Positions 55,201 to 63,938 of a DNA stretch of 64,000 bases are shown here, piece by piece. The notes under the pieces are model-generated. The model saw only the letters and a program-made list of their open reading frames with translations, was not told the origin of the DNA and searched no databases. How positions within the stretch are numbered: the stretch's first letter is position 1; each line of letters opens with the position of its first letter. Source of the DNA: a virus (Duplodnaviria; Heunggongvirae; Uroviricota; Caudoviricetes); the IMG/VR virus record IMGVR_UViG_3300025000_000063, positions 64,001-128,000 of that record; one strand, given 5' to 3'. Made by a program: the position numbers and the translations under genes.

Positions 55201-56944
55201 TGCCAATATTGGAAAAACGGTTTTTGAAGTCTTGTTCCTGTTGGGCCAGCTCTCTTTTTAATCTGACAGTTTCATTCAGCACCTTGTTATTTTTGCCAAG
55301 GACTTCTGCTTGTTCTTCGTACCAATTATTTATATCGAGATTCTTGAGCCTGAGTTCTTCGTCTGCATAACCCCCGGTCTGAATTGTGAGCTTTGCGTAT
55401 TCAACATTTAAAAACTTGATGGCTTTATCTGTTTCTTTCAAAGCGTCTTCAGATAGTTTTTGAGCTTTTGCCGCTGTTTCAACAGCCGGGCTGACAGTTG
55501 AAACAACCTTAGTATATTCAGACCACCCTTCCGTTGTCTCGCTTATAGCGTGTTGGGCGCCTTTATTTACCAAACTCATTAACGCCTCGTCATCGCCAAG
55601 AGCTATGGCAGTGGCTATTTTTTTTGTTTCCCCCCCAGGGAATAATTTAGCTCCGATAGCGGCTAATTTAACAGATAAAACCAGCAGCTCTCCCAACGAT
55701 TCAGCAATGCCCTGTAAATTTTCTATAACACCCGGGTCTTTAAGAACGTCAGTAAAATCCTTAATAGCTTTTGTAGCCAAATCCATAAACCCGGAAGCAG
55801 CCATCTTATTTTTGAGTTCTTCCCAAGCTTCAGCGAGTTTATTGGCAGCCTTCACAGATTCATCAATACCGCCTTTAAAGTTCTCATCTAAAGCTTTTCT
55901 AAATTTGGGGAGGAAATCATCAGAGAACACTTCCCCGGCGCTTACCGCTTTATCAAAAGCTTCGACAGTCATACCCATGGCTTTAGCGCCGAGCTGGAAG
56001 GCCCCAGGGATATTATCACCCATCTGGCGCCGGATTTCTTCCATGCTGACCTTACCTTTTGACATCATCTGTTCAAGAGCAAGGAAAGTAAGACCCACTC
56101 TCTCGTTCGATAAGCCAAGAACAGCGCCTGCATTTGACACAGATTTAAAAATTGCCTGGACTTCCTGCATAGGTATCTTAGAAGTCTGAGCAGCGGCGAG
56201 GAAACCTTTATAGCCTTCACGCAAAGTATAAAAGTTTAGGCCTAAGTCGTCAGCGGTTTTTCTTAAAAACTGAAATTGGACGTTGGCGTTCGCAACAGAG
56301 CCAGTAATCTCTTTATAAGCGTTCTCAGACACCTTCGTTGCCCGACCAGCTTCCCAAAGGGCTTCTGACATCTGTTTGATTGGGTATATTACGGCGGCGG
56401 CGAGAACCGAAACGTTTAAAAGTCCGTTTCTAATCCCATTTAATGACGTAAGGAAAGATTTATGGGCAGTTTGGCTCCTGTCAATCTTATTGGCCATAGC
56501 TTCGGCTTGTTTAGCAGTGTGGCCCATCTGCATAGCCAGAGCTTTCAATTCTTTATTAGAAAGCCCGGCTGTTTTACCGATAGACCGTAAAGAAGCTTCG
56601 GCAGTAACCATAGCCTGATTACGGAGCATTTTTTCATTAAGGACTTGAAACTGTTTCCCCGTCATGCCAACCTTGGCCGCAGCTTCCTCCATCCCACTGG
56701 CGATGGCGGCGGACGTAGCCTTAAAGTTTGCAGCCGGGGCTTTTGCACTTTGGGATAACCGAACAAGGGACTCAGATAAATCCTTCATCCCTCGTTCGGC
56801 TTTAGATGGATTTATGGCGTTATTGAGGGCATTGGATACCTCAGTACCACCTTTTTTAGCGATGCTTCTTAAGGCAACAATGTCGCGCTCAAAAGTCGTA
56901 GTATTACCGCGAACATCTACGTATATACTGCCGATGCTACCCAT
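52262..56944 (-). CDS. Tape measure protein
   Basis: 1560 aa, Ala-rich helical; N-terminal tape domain EQMMSKGKVSMEEIRRQMGDNIPGAF; C-terminal FRDGGFISG. Confidence 0.93.
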   Translation of the reverse strand: MGSIGSIYVDVRGNTTTFERDIVALRSIAKKGGTEVSNALNNAINPSKAERGMKDLSESLVRLSQSAKAPAANFKATSAAIASGMEEAAAKVGMTGKQFQVLNEKMLRNQAMVTAEASLRSIGKTAGLSNKELKALAMQMGHTAKQAEAMANKIDRSQTAHKSFLTSLNGIRNGLLNVSVLAAAVIYPIKQMSEALWEAGRATKVSENAYKEITGSVANANVQFQFLRKTADDLGLNFYTLREGYKGFLAAAQTSKIPMQEVQAIFKSVSNAGAVLGLSNERVGLTFLALEQMMSKGKVSMEEIRRQMGDNIPGAFQLGAKAMGMTVEAFDKAVSAGEVFSDDFLPKFRKALDENFKGGIDESVKAANKLAEAWEELKNKMAASGFMDLATKAIKDFTDVLKDPGVIENLQGIAESLGELLVLSVKLAAIGAKLFPGGETKKIATAIALGDDEALMSLVNKGAQHAISETTEGWSEYTKVVSTVSPAVETAAKAQKLSEDALKETDKAIKFLNVEYAKLTIQTGGYADEELRLKNLDINNWYEEQAEVLGKNNKVLNETVRLKRELAQQEQDFKNRFSNIGMTWDDSGLADEAQIAYQAEQELKAVSDRKKAEEDLAKSRDKWAEDYKKSQEKALEAYVDFSDTIKDNIKDIIENHENMADKIVSIFKDMLYEIAASIIAQNFVIPIGLQIGSALGASWNGTSFSSMASSGSNLLNTASGANSLYNAANGGVSNFLTTGLGGKVGSSIFGNSNWYGTGASMAGTSAAYYGGAEYMVAAGAEAAGTAGIASTLSALAPYAAIAAIAIPLITSLFEDDPTPAIGIQGGSWEEESPSTGSLNSTKYNYKLFAQDMGGESSATLLEFFDTRFAAVDEALSGAFAETLEKYDAGAKNRGWVYTEGMDTDAILEAVSNNVFEGILDGLKTVTMGSGFESFGVDFFESIKGDDEDLFQAFIDFNTVVEGTTDFLEKFSGQMTALGDDSLQAFLNLESIMGIFTEMDAMMDPLIKITDPLVQIIDQFETWIDALNDSLATLEEVTEAEKNRTTALGMQVSGLTATNVSSALQQAIMGGDTGSLISDIMKQSVSSSLAVSLTNEVIEKYITPFNIKLGEVFDAVGGDVEKMFDYLPYIIDQLDISSIISEVDALSEKWDDFFDNAGIDIDSLTSSRNSAGQEYLSALESELSILEDKAATAKENYLSLLDDELSAQQDIVSALTPAIKSLQDFKSEMWSTAGTIGVTGKSIYASQMSSLASSAMSGDTESIDSLLSVSEKYLDTAKSTSVSWIDYARDLAKTSVLLTGVEDSAVDQLSEAEKQTEYLEGLMDEVNGVSSNVTDIAAARAAYESAQMELDNSWMQEEIATLKSLLDSSQTIEQLMQAFFAAQAALITAQTTADPEAAYLAANPDVAAAVAAGQFTSGQEHYDLYGKYEGRGATGYASLTKEDTYLANNLDVAQAVQSGQFASGLEHYLMYGLNEGRQFRDGGFISGPDSGYKMPDATFHGDEWIIPNKKLPDNDAVVKAIEKQTERLETLNYQTVKNTLETTKLLKRFNDVDAMKVRVIA

Positions 56945-57208
56945 TTATTTATTCTGTTCCTTCCTGGCTTCGTGCTGTTTAGCGATCATATGTCTCCCCA
57001 CCACAACAACCTTTTCAAAACAATCCTGCCTGTCTTCGATTTCATACAGGTCCATGGCGGAGTGAATAGCCATTTGATTCAAAGCTACCGCCCCTCCCAT
57101 ACCAAAGATTACCTGATCCTCGACTTTAAAATAAATAAATTCAGCATCTTCATTTTCCGGTAAAAGAGGTGGAACACATGCTTTGCAGTCGTCTATGCTC
57201 CACCGCAT
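56945..57208 (-). CDS. Tail assembly chaperone, frameshifted (T) part
   Basis: Frame open back to the slippery site, giving KCENCKK...CKAC. Confidence 0.75.
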   Translation of the reverse strand: MRWSIDDCKACVPPLLPENEDAEFIYFKVEDQVIFGMGGAVALNQMAIHSAMDLYEIEDRQDCFEKVVVVGRHMIAKQHEARKEQNK

Positions 57209-57213
57209 TCCCT

Positions 57214-57750
57214 TTATTTTTTTACAATTTTCACATTTTGGCTTCCCTGGGTCCCGGATTCTTTCGATCCGGGCAAGGAGTTTTTTCTAGAAGCTTCCTT
57301 GTTGGCCTCTTCTTCCTCTATCATTTTTCCGTGACATTCAGTCACATAATCCGCCAGATCCGGCACAACAGATAAAAGCTTAATTTTACCAGCCTGACCA
57401 AATTTCAGAGGAACCACGCCGTCTTCGTCTTCATAAAACCCTTCCCACCCAATGACGGCCTTCATAAACAGATGCTCGTTCATTTTGTAATGCTCAGACA
57501 GCATTTCAGGCTTCATGGAGCCGGAATCATCTGCCGAATAAGTGGTCTTGAAAGAGGACATCAAAAGCCCTTTTCTTTCACCGGGCGTCAGCAGACGGAT
57601 TTTAATAGTTGCGTCCGTTTCCGGCGCGCCAGCCATATCAGAAACCTTAATTTCACATTCTTTACTCTTGTAAATTTTTCCCAAAAACATAATGTTTTCT
57701 CCCGTTATATCCCGGTTATTAATGCCCACCCGGGAAAGTGCCGGGTACAC
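57214..57750 (-). CDS. Tail assembly chaperone (G)
   Basis: Between tail tube and TMP; carries the slippery site. Confidence 0.8.
   Translation of the reverse strand: MYPALSRVGINNRDITGENIMFLGKIYKSKECEIKVSDMAGAPETDATIKIRLLTPGERKGLLMSSFKTTYSADDSGSMKPEMLSEHYKMNEHLFMKAVIGWEGFYEDEDGVVPLKFGQAGKIKLLSVVPDLADYVTECHGKMIEEEEANKEASRKNSLPGSKESGTQGSQNVKIVKK
57280..57286 (-). other. Programmed -1 ribosomal frameshift heptamer A AAA AAC
   Basis: In-frame X XXY YYZ; -1 frame open into 56945..57208. Confidence 0.85.
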
Positions 57751-57786
57751 TTCTTTTCCGTCATGACGGCCCAGGTGAGCAAGGTG

Positions 57787-58242
57787 TTAATTGGCTTTGA
57801 CCATTACACCGGAAACCTTGGCAGTGAAGCTGATTGTACCGAGCCCTGATTTGTCCATGCCGATATTAAAGCTGGTAATTCTCAGACTTGACGGAATTGT
57901 CGGCTGGCTGACTGACAAAGCGCCAGGCGCAAACCATCCGGTGGTCTGACATGCTTCATAATAACTGGTCGTGTTGTAATAAAGCCGCATACTGGTAAGC
58001 GGGGTGTTATTGAGATTCGCCACCTGCAAGGCAACCTGACCAGTTGTGTCGGTGGGCTCAAAATGCCCGGAAAAAGAGATTGACCCGCCGTCTTTCATTC
58101 CGTATTCAAAAGTCTTCCAGGTGCTGCCGAATTCTGAAGCGTCAAACTCATCGGTCGTAATTCCATCGATGCTCCATTGTCCCATGCCTAAAATTGTTGC
58201 GGTCCCCAATGAGACCTTTCCATCTTTTCCTACAATTGCCAT
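57787..58242 (-). CDS. Major tail tube protein
   Basis: GKDGKV...WSIDGITTDEFDASEFG.TWKTF..G.KDGGSISFSG. Confidence 0.82.
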   Translation of the reverse strand: MAIVGKDGKVSLGTATILGMGQWSIDGITTDEFDASEFGSTWKTFEYGMKDGGSISFSGHFEPTDTTGQVALQVANLNNTPLTSMRLYYNTTSYYEACQTTGWFAPGALSVSQPTIPSSLRITSFNIGMDKSGLGTISFTAKVSGVMVKAN

Positions 58243-58268
58243 TTCGGAATCTCCTATTGTTTGACGTT

Positions 58269-58366
58269 AAGTTCGGGCATAAAAAAAAGAGGACGAATAT
58301 GATGATTACGGCACCGTAATTGCCCTCTCTATTTATCTTACGTCATCCCTCAGTCTGGCCGAACTT
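58269..58366 (-). promoter_or_regulatory. Structured leader/attenuator-like element upstream of tail tube gene
   Basis: AAGTTCGG/CCGAACTT, ATTACG/CGTAAT, AGAGGGC/GTCCTCT followed by U8. Confidence 0.5.
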
Positions 58367-58399
58367 TGGGAATCACCCGAATTTTTTATTTAAAAGGTT

Positions 58400-59608
58400 T
58401 TATCCTCTTATTTTTATTTGTTTACAAATTTGATGCAACACTCTGTTGGCCTCCATTATTACTAAATGCCCAACCTCAACAGAGGTATCAATAAAAATCC
58501 TACAACCAGCTTCACGGGCCTTGTTACAAAAATAAAAATCCTCGCCTACCGGACGGCCGTTATGAACATCAAACTTGAACCAAGGAGGCTCAAGTTTGTC
58601 AAAAACGCTCATATTGATCAAAAGACATCCCGTGCCGGTTGCATCCACTTCTATCAGATCCCCGGAATACATTTCTGACTCAGGGACGCTTTCGTACTTG
58701 TCAAGATTGCCCCTCATGAAGATAGGATCAAACGGCGGATACCGCCTATGAACCCTTACCCCACAAATATCAACGTCATGGGCCGCAAGCTTATGGAGCA
58801 TGTCAACCGGATAAACCTGATCCGTGTCACACATCAACAAGTGACTTGCCCCTTCGTTCAATGCCTGGAAAACAAGGCTTTCTCTGGCTTCTGCAAGATT
58901 GCATGTCCAGGGGCCATGAGGTGTTTGGGGAACGAGCAAAGTATATTTTTCAGGCTTTGCCATGGTTTCAAATGAGAAAAAAAATTGAACCGGTAGAGTA
59001 TCGTTGACAAGAGGGAAGCCTATCGCCAAAAGACCGCCTTTCCGTTCCCTCTTTCTTCTGAAGTATGTGGCCCGGTCGATCTTAAATTTATCCCCGCCAT
59101 AAGCCTTCTCGTACCACTCATCAGACTCACCACCGTTTACCGGGTGGTCATGTTCGATAATGGCGTCGTCAGCATAGACCCATCGACCTTGTTCAATAGC
59201 GATGTCCTTGAGTTCGTCGTCCCCATAACAATGCAGGTATTCCGTTGAAAAGAAATTTCCCCCAGGGATATGCCCAAGGATTCTCTTGTCGGCCATCCAG
59301 TGAGCGTGGTCATTTCCTGGCGTGGTGTTAAATCCAACAACACCCCATCCATCAGGCAAGCTTTCCATTTTTGCCAAAGCATTTTGAAAGGCCCCGGCCT
59401 GAACAATCGTATCGTCGCCCAGGAAAACGACAATCGGCCTCGTGGTTCTGCCCGTCAACCTTTTAACCATCTTAGGACATCCGATACCAGCGACGTCAAT
59501 CCCGGTGATTATCTCAACTCCTGGACAATGTAACTCAATTGACTCGATGCACCGTTTAGCTTTTTCAAGCCGAACGATAGGAATAATGACTGATACCCGG
59601 TCAAACAT
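58400..59608 (-). CDS. Two-domain GT2/GT-A glycosyltransferase
   Basis: VSVIIP...FLGDD; second domain CDTDQ, GTGCLLI, GEDFYFC, VGH. Confidence 0.85.
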   Translation of the reverse strand: MFDRVSVIIPIVRLEKAKRCIESIELHCPGVEIITGIDVAGIGCPKMVKRLTGRTTRPIVVFLGDDTIVQAGAFQNALAKMESLPDGWGVVGFNTTPGNDHAHWMADKRILGHIPGGNFFSTEYLHCYGDDELKDIAIEQGRWVYADDAIIEHDHPVNGGESDEWYEKAYGGDKFKIDRATYFRRKRERKGGLLAIGFPLVNDTLPVQFFFSFETMAKPEKYTLLVPQTPHGPWTCNLAEARESLVFQALNEGASHLLMCDTDQVYPVDMLHKLAAHDVDICGVRVHRRYPPFDPIFMRGNLDKYESVPESEMYSGDLIEVDATGTGCLLINMSVFDKLEPPWFKFDVHNGRPVGEDFYFCNKAREAGCRIFIDTSVEVGHLVIMEANRVLHQICKQIKIRG

Positions 59609-60063
59609 TATTTCACCGCCCTTAAAATAAAATGTAAGTGATAGACCCTCATCATAGGATCTGTGAGCTTCCGTTTAAAATACTCAACTTCAAAATTTGC
59701 TTTTGTGTCGTAATATCCCCGGTAAACAGGATGACAGTAGTAGGCAAATCGCCCCTCTGTCCAAAAATTGATGTGTGTCGGGTCCATAAATGCCCCCTGA
59801 CCGTATTCAGCGTCAGGAGTGTGGGTCACAAATTGACACCCGCTCTTAAGAACCCGCCAAACTTCCTCCATGACAAAAGTTGTTGACAGAATCGGAATGT
59901 GTTCCAGAACATCAAAAGCCCTTACTTCATCGACGGAGTTATCTTCAAACGGAAGGCCCTTCGTAAAATCCAGAACTAAATCCGGATTTACCGATTCCCG
60001 ACAATCAATATTGATATACCCATCTGCTTTTTCCTTTCCACACCCAAGGTTTAGCTTTTTCAT
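59608..60063 (-). CDS. SAM-dependent methyltransferase (class I)
   Basis: LNLGCG, DFTKGLPFEDNSVDEV, VLEHI, RVLKSG. Confidence 0.88.
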   Translation of the reverse strand: MKKLNLGCGKEKADGYINIDCRESVNPDLVLDFTKGLPFEDNSVDEVRAFDVLEHIPILSTTFVMEEVWRVLKSGCQFVTHTPDAEYGQGAFMDPTHINFWTEGRFAYYCHPVYRGYYDTKANFEVEYFKRKLTDPMMRVYHLHFILRAVK

Positions 60064-60455
60064 GATTTTTTATACCTACATTCATATGTTACAATAGCCC
60101 GATAAAGCTCGTTCTGAGCCCCGTCCCGGACCGTCTGATAATTCGTTCTTTCCATAATGACCGTTGTATAACCAGCGGCCGTGGGCCTTGCGTCATCATA
60201 TAAAACAATTAATGCGTTGTACGCCGTCATCCGTTTTGCATTGGTGTCAGCGTAAATATCAAATTGGACGGTAACAACTTCAAAACGCTCCCCGCCGAGA
60301 TAGTAATCTGGATAACCGGATACAAGAAAATAAGTAGCATAAGGCAAAGCGGTATTCTGCGGGGCCAGTTCAATATGAAGACCTCCGGGGATAGCCGCCT
60401 TTAAAGTGGTGTCTCCACTGTACTTTGAATATATGCCGGTTAAAATCTTATCCAC
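60060..60455 (-). CDS. Tail terminator/completion protein (DUF3168-like)
   Basis: APQNTALPYATY...VQFDIY. Confidence 0.75.
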   Translation of the reverse strand: MDKILTGIYSKYSGDTTLKAAIPGGLHIELAPQNTALPYATYFLVSGYPDYYLGGERFEVVTVQFDIYADTNAKRMTAYNALIVLYDDARPTAAGYTTVIMERTNYQTVRDGAQNELYRAIVTYECRYKKS

Positions 60456-60648
60456 GTTTTATATAAAACCCTTCTATCTCCGCAGTCATTAGGTCATTAA
60501 CACTCGCCCGAGTAGATATCGAAGTAACTAAAAAATCTTTTCCATTCAATTTTATAGCCTCCTGATATAGCAAAGACCTCTGATACTCAGACATCTTCTC
60601 TGAAAACTCATCTGCCAAATGTGTCTCTTCCCAAGTTAAATCAGCCAA
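60448..60648 (-). CDS. Hypothetical protein
   Basis: Overlaps with neighbours. Confidence 0.45.
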   Translation of the reverse strand: MADLTWEETHLADEFSEKMSEYQRSLLYQEAIKLNGKDFLVTSISTRASVNDLMTAEIEGFYIKRG

Positions 60649-60856
60649 TTTTTCTTATCTCGATTTTCCCATAAACTTTTTTCTGAGGAATATTTTTCAT
60701 CCCTGGGACGAAGGCCTCAATGTCGTGGCACAACGCGTAACCCTCTTCCTCATCAGCCGTGTGGCAATGCCCCAATTCAACACCATCACAAAAAACCTTA
60801 TGACTGTAAGCTAAAAAAGAATATCCCATATCGCCTCTCATTACAGACAGTCTCAT
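60641..60856 (-). CDS. Hypothetical protein
   Basis: VFCDGVEL..CHTADEEEGY. Confidence 0.5.
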   Translation of the reverse strand: MRLSVMRGDMGYSFLAYSHKVFCDGVELGHCHTADEEEGYALCHDIEAFVPGMKNIPQKKVYGKIEIRKIG

Positions 60857-61029
60857 TTCTGATTCTCCAAAAACTTAACCTCGCACCCGCACCCCAACAC
60901 CTTACCAGCCAACCTCATCAATATTTTCGAAGCCCATATTCTAAGATAGAGTTTTTTCGAAACGCTGACTTCGATGATAATCGGACCAACTTTTTTAAAA
61001 CTCGTTATCTTTGTGTTTAACTTAGTCAT
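60853..61029 (-). CDS. Hypothetical protein (58 aa)
   Basis: Manual translation; coupled to both neighbours. Confidence 0.45.
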   Translation of the reverse strand: MTKLNTKITSFKKVGPIIIEVSVSKKLYLRIWASKILMRLAGKVLGCGCEVKFLENQK

Positions 61030-62457
61030 TTAATCGTCCAATCCAAAAGTAGAAGGTGGTTTGGTGTACCCCGGTTCACTCATTTTTTCTGAGAGCTTAC
61101 GCTTTGCAAAAGCAATATTCTTATCAAGAGCGGGCTTCAGATACGGACGCGCCGGAGCCGGGTGAGGACCGCCATGACCGTGCTCTACCAACCACGAATT
61201 AGAAGTCAACACGCCGTTTGCAAAAAACGAATGGACCCCTTCTATAGACAAATCATAAAGCTTTGTCTGCCCTTTATCGTACCTTTTTTTTGTTAAAGAG
61301 ATAATGTGGGTGTTCTCGAAAAGATCAACATTCACAAATGTTGATATCCCGGGGTTGCAAGGGATGTAAAAAACGTTTTCAATAGGGTTAATATCTATCC
61401 CTTTAGCAGAATCCCCAACTATAAAATGTATGTGAAATATCTTAACGCCGTCTATCGCCTCTAAAATTTTTTTGTCCCGCTCGATGTCCTTTTTTTGATC
61501 CTTATGCCAGTATCCACCATCGACTTCATAAACAATGTTTTCATCTGGCAAATAAAAATCCAGAAATAAAGAGTTTACCTCATATTGAGACACGTACTTC
61601 CGGCCTCCGTCTTTTAACCAAGCTTCGACCTCTTTTTCAATCCGTGTTTGTTTCTGACCCCCCGCAAGCCTGTTAGGATGTAAACCAGGATTCTCCGATA
61701 TCATCTCAAGGCGTTTTACAGACATTCTTTTTTTAGATTCATCACTTCTTTTTGAACCTATATGCGGATTCATATCTGTAGCGTAAGCGGCATCTCGACA
61801 TTTTATCGTGCAGTACACAGACTCTTTTCTGGCCCTTATACCGTTAACACCAGAACCAAACATTTCACCGCAAAAAGCGCACTTTTTAGAACACCCAGTA
61901 CCTTTGTTTTTAGCCATTCTTTTTCTAATGAAAAGCTTATCGGTAAGAACGAGATCGCCCGCTTTTATCCATTGATTTTTACCCTCCCGAAAGACGAGCA
62001 TTTTATGGTCGTCTGTTACAGTGAGCTTGTGATGATGCTTACTGCACTTATTAACGTCGTATACGACCATATCTATCAGATCTGGCTTATCAACAGCCGG
62101 AAACGAGTGCTTGCTGACAACTGAACGATACTCACCAGTTTGAGTCAAAACTTTATCTCCGACTTTAACAGAAGATATTCCAAGGGGGCCTCTGTGCTCC
62201 GTTACAACCCTTGTATCACCTCCAAATATGCACTGCATCGCACCACGGCCGCCAGCTTTCACAATATACCCCCCACCCTCAAACTTACTCTTTTTAACCT
62301 TAATTGATTTTCTAAGGGCTCCAGTTTCATCTTTAAAAGCAACAGTCCGCTTGGCATCGACTTTGATCTGATCGCAAATCTCCTTGCACTTCTCGTCAAG
62401 ATGCTCCTCAAGCGCCTGTAAAAACTCGCTGGCGTCTATTTGAACTTTGACCGTCAT
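61030..62457 (-). CDS. HK97 gp10-like tail-completion protein containing an intein
   Basis: DETGALRKSI...AMQ|intein|SWLVEHG...PARPYLKPAL; spliced length 130 aa. Confidence 0.85.
   Translation of the reverse strand: MTVKVQIDASEFLQALEEHLDEKCKEICDQIKVDAKRTVAFKDETGALRKSIKVKKSKFEGGGYIVKAGGRGAMQCIFGGDTRVVTEHRGPLGISSVKVGDKVLTQTGEYRSVVSKHSFPAVDKPDLIDMVVYDVNKCSKHHHKLTVTDDHKMLVFREGKNQWIKAGDLVLTDKLFIRKRMAKNKGTGCSKKCAFCGEMFGSGVNGIRARKESVYCTIKCRDAAYATDMNPHIGSKRSDESKKRMSVKRLEMISENPGLHPNRLAGGQKQTRIEKEVEAWLKDGGRKYVSQYEVNSLFLDFYLPDENIVYEVDGGYWHKDQKKDIERDKKILEAIDGVKIFHIHFIVGDSAKGIDINPIENVFYIPCNPGISTFVNVDLFENTHIISLTKKRYDKGQTKLYDLSIEGVHSFFANGVLTSNSWLVEHGHGGPHPAPARPYLKPALDKNIAFAKRKLSEKMSEPGYTKPPSTFGLDD
61198..62232 (-). 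mobile_element. 345-aa cis intein with Zn-finger/NUMOD3/Vsr-like endonuclease
   Basis: C1 in CIFGGDT, LTVTDDH block B, LYDLSIEGVHSFFANGVLTSN|S; LDFYLPDENIVYEVDGGYWH. Confidence 0.9.
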
Positions 62458-62780
62458 TACAAGACCTCCGAGCAATGCAGAACCATATCCCCAGCCCTCT
62501 GATAATCTTCAACCCCGGTAATCCGGTATGTCTTTCCGCCATGCGTAACACGACATGAAGAATCAAGCCGCACGTCCCGCCTTACTCGGAGTTTAAATTC
62601 AGTCTTCATTTCAAGTTTTCCGGCTTCAATCCGTTCAGTTCCCCTCAAAGGTATATATTCAGCCCTGCACGGCGCTCCTGATAAATCTGACCATGTTTCA
62701 ACGGTTGCCCCCATGCCGTCCTGTGCAGTTGTCACAGACTGAATTTTTATACTCTGATCAAGTTTTCCTGCTCGAATCAT
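62457..62780 (-). CDS. Head closure protein (SPP1 gp16-like)
   Basis: MIRAGKLDQ.I.IQ...QDGMG...W. Confidence 0.85.
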   Translation of the reverse strand: MIRAGKLDQSIKIQSVTTAQDGMGATVETWSDLSGAPCRAEYIPLRGTERIEAGKLEMKTEFKLRVRRDVRLDSSCRVTHGGKTYRITGVEDYQRAGDMVLHCSEVL

Positions 62781-63374
62781 TTATTCCCCAAAATTAAAAA
62801 GGCGGTAAGGCCATAAAAGGTTCATAATATGCCCAGGTATTTGATCAACTGACTGATTGTTACCAACAATTATGCTTTCTCTATGGGCATACGCGTCGGC
62901 GACCATGATCAAAATAGCGGCTTTAATAGGGTACGGGACATTTGCCTCTGTGCCGTACCCGCAAACAAACTGAATATAAATCGGGTTTGAAGGATAAAGC
63001 GTTACTGTAGGCCAAAGCTTTTCATACCCCAGAACAACCCGGCCCGGATCTGAATCGATATCGACGATATAATCACTCGATGAAAACGTATACTCAACGC
63101 CATCAGAGCCTTTATACTTAACGCTCGTTACAGACTGCAAATTCCCAAACGGCAATAAAAAACGCGCCGTGGGCCATTCATCAGCAAACGCTTTCCATGT
63201 CTGTGTCAATAACTTCCGGTTAGTGATGTTTTCAGCTTGAGCGGTTGCAGACTGGATAAGACTTTCAAGATAAAAATCATCATCTGTGTTATCCCAAGTA
63301 ATATTGAGCTGCATTTTAACAAGGCCAATATCCACAACTGCTCCGGTCGGGGCCATCACCAATTTGGTTATCAT
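62781..63374 (-). CDS. Head-tail connector (gp6/gp15-like)
   Basis: VKMQL...DDDFYLESLIQSA..AENIT.R...VPYPIKAAILIMVADAY.HRE. Confidence 0.88.
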   Translation of the reverse strand: MITKLVMAPTGAVVDIGLVKMQLNITWDNTDDDFYLESLIQSATAQAENITNRKLLTQTWKAFADEWPTARFLLPFGNLQSVTSVKYKGSDGVEYTFSSSDYIVDIDSDPGRVVLGYEKLWPTVTLYPSNPIYIQFVCGYGTEANVPYPIKAAILIMVADAYAHRESIIVGNNQSVDQIPGHIMNLLWPYRLFNFGE

Positions 63375-63392
63375 TTCACATGCCCAAAAAAG

Positions 63393-63938
63393 TTAAGCAT
63401 TTAAAAAATACCCCCCGGCAACAACCGGGCGCCAAAGCACCGTTATGTCCGCAATCTTTCCAGCTCCAGCGGTGGCCCCGGAAATTGTCAACTGGATTTT
63501 CTTCGTTGCCGCCGTCACAGAAGGACCACGGTATACGCTGTAAAAGTTTCCGGTTAAATTGGCTTTAGCTCCGGCAGTACCGGATAAAAGAACGATGGGG
63601 GCCACATCATCTGTCTGAACTGATATGCCTGTAAAAGTGGCTACCGCTGAAAGATCATCAGGAATATGCACCGTAACGGCGTCTATAAATAGCGCCTGCG
63701 CCGTGGCGGTCATAACATCATAGGTATTGGCGGCTTGATTCAAAGAAATTTGTTTGTAATTAACCGTGCTTTCCGGCATAAAACTCTTTGGAACCCAGGC
63801 ATACCCATTGTAAATGAACATGAATCCGGTGTTGGTTTCAAAGAAAGTCGCCCCGGCTGCGATATCAGTTGTTGGTTTGGTATCTGTTGAAAGCCCTATG
63901 AATCTGTTGTTCATTGAGCCTATGGATTGAACGGTCAT
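63393..63938 (-). CDS. Hypothetical head-module protein
   Basis: FIGLSTDTKPT...GATFFETNTG; RBS AGGAGG. Confidence 0.6.
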   Translation of the reverse strand: MTVQSIGSMNNRFIGLSTDTKPTTDIAAGATFFETNTGFMFIYNGYAWVPKSFMPESTVNYKQISLNQAANTYDVMTATAQALFIDAVTVHIPDDLSAVATFTGISVQTDDVAPIVLLSGTAGAKANLTGNFYSVYRGPSVTAATKKIQLTISGATAGAGKIADITVLWRPVVAGGYFLNA

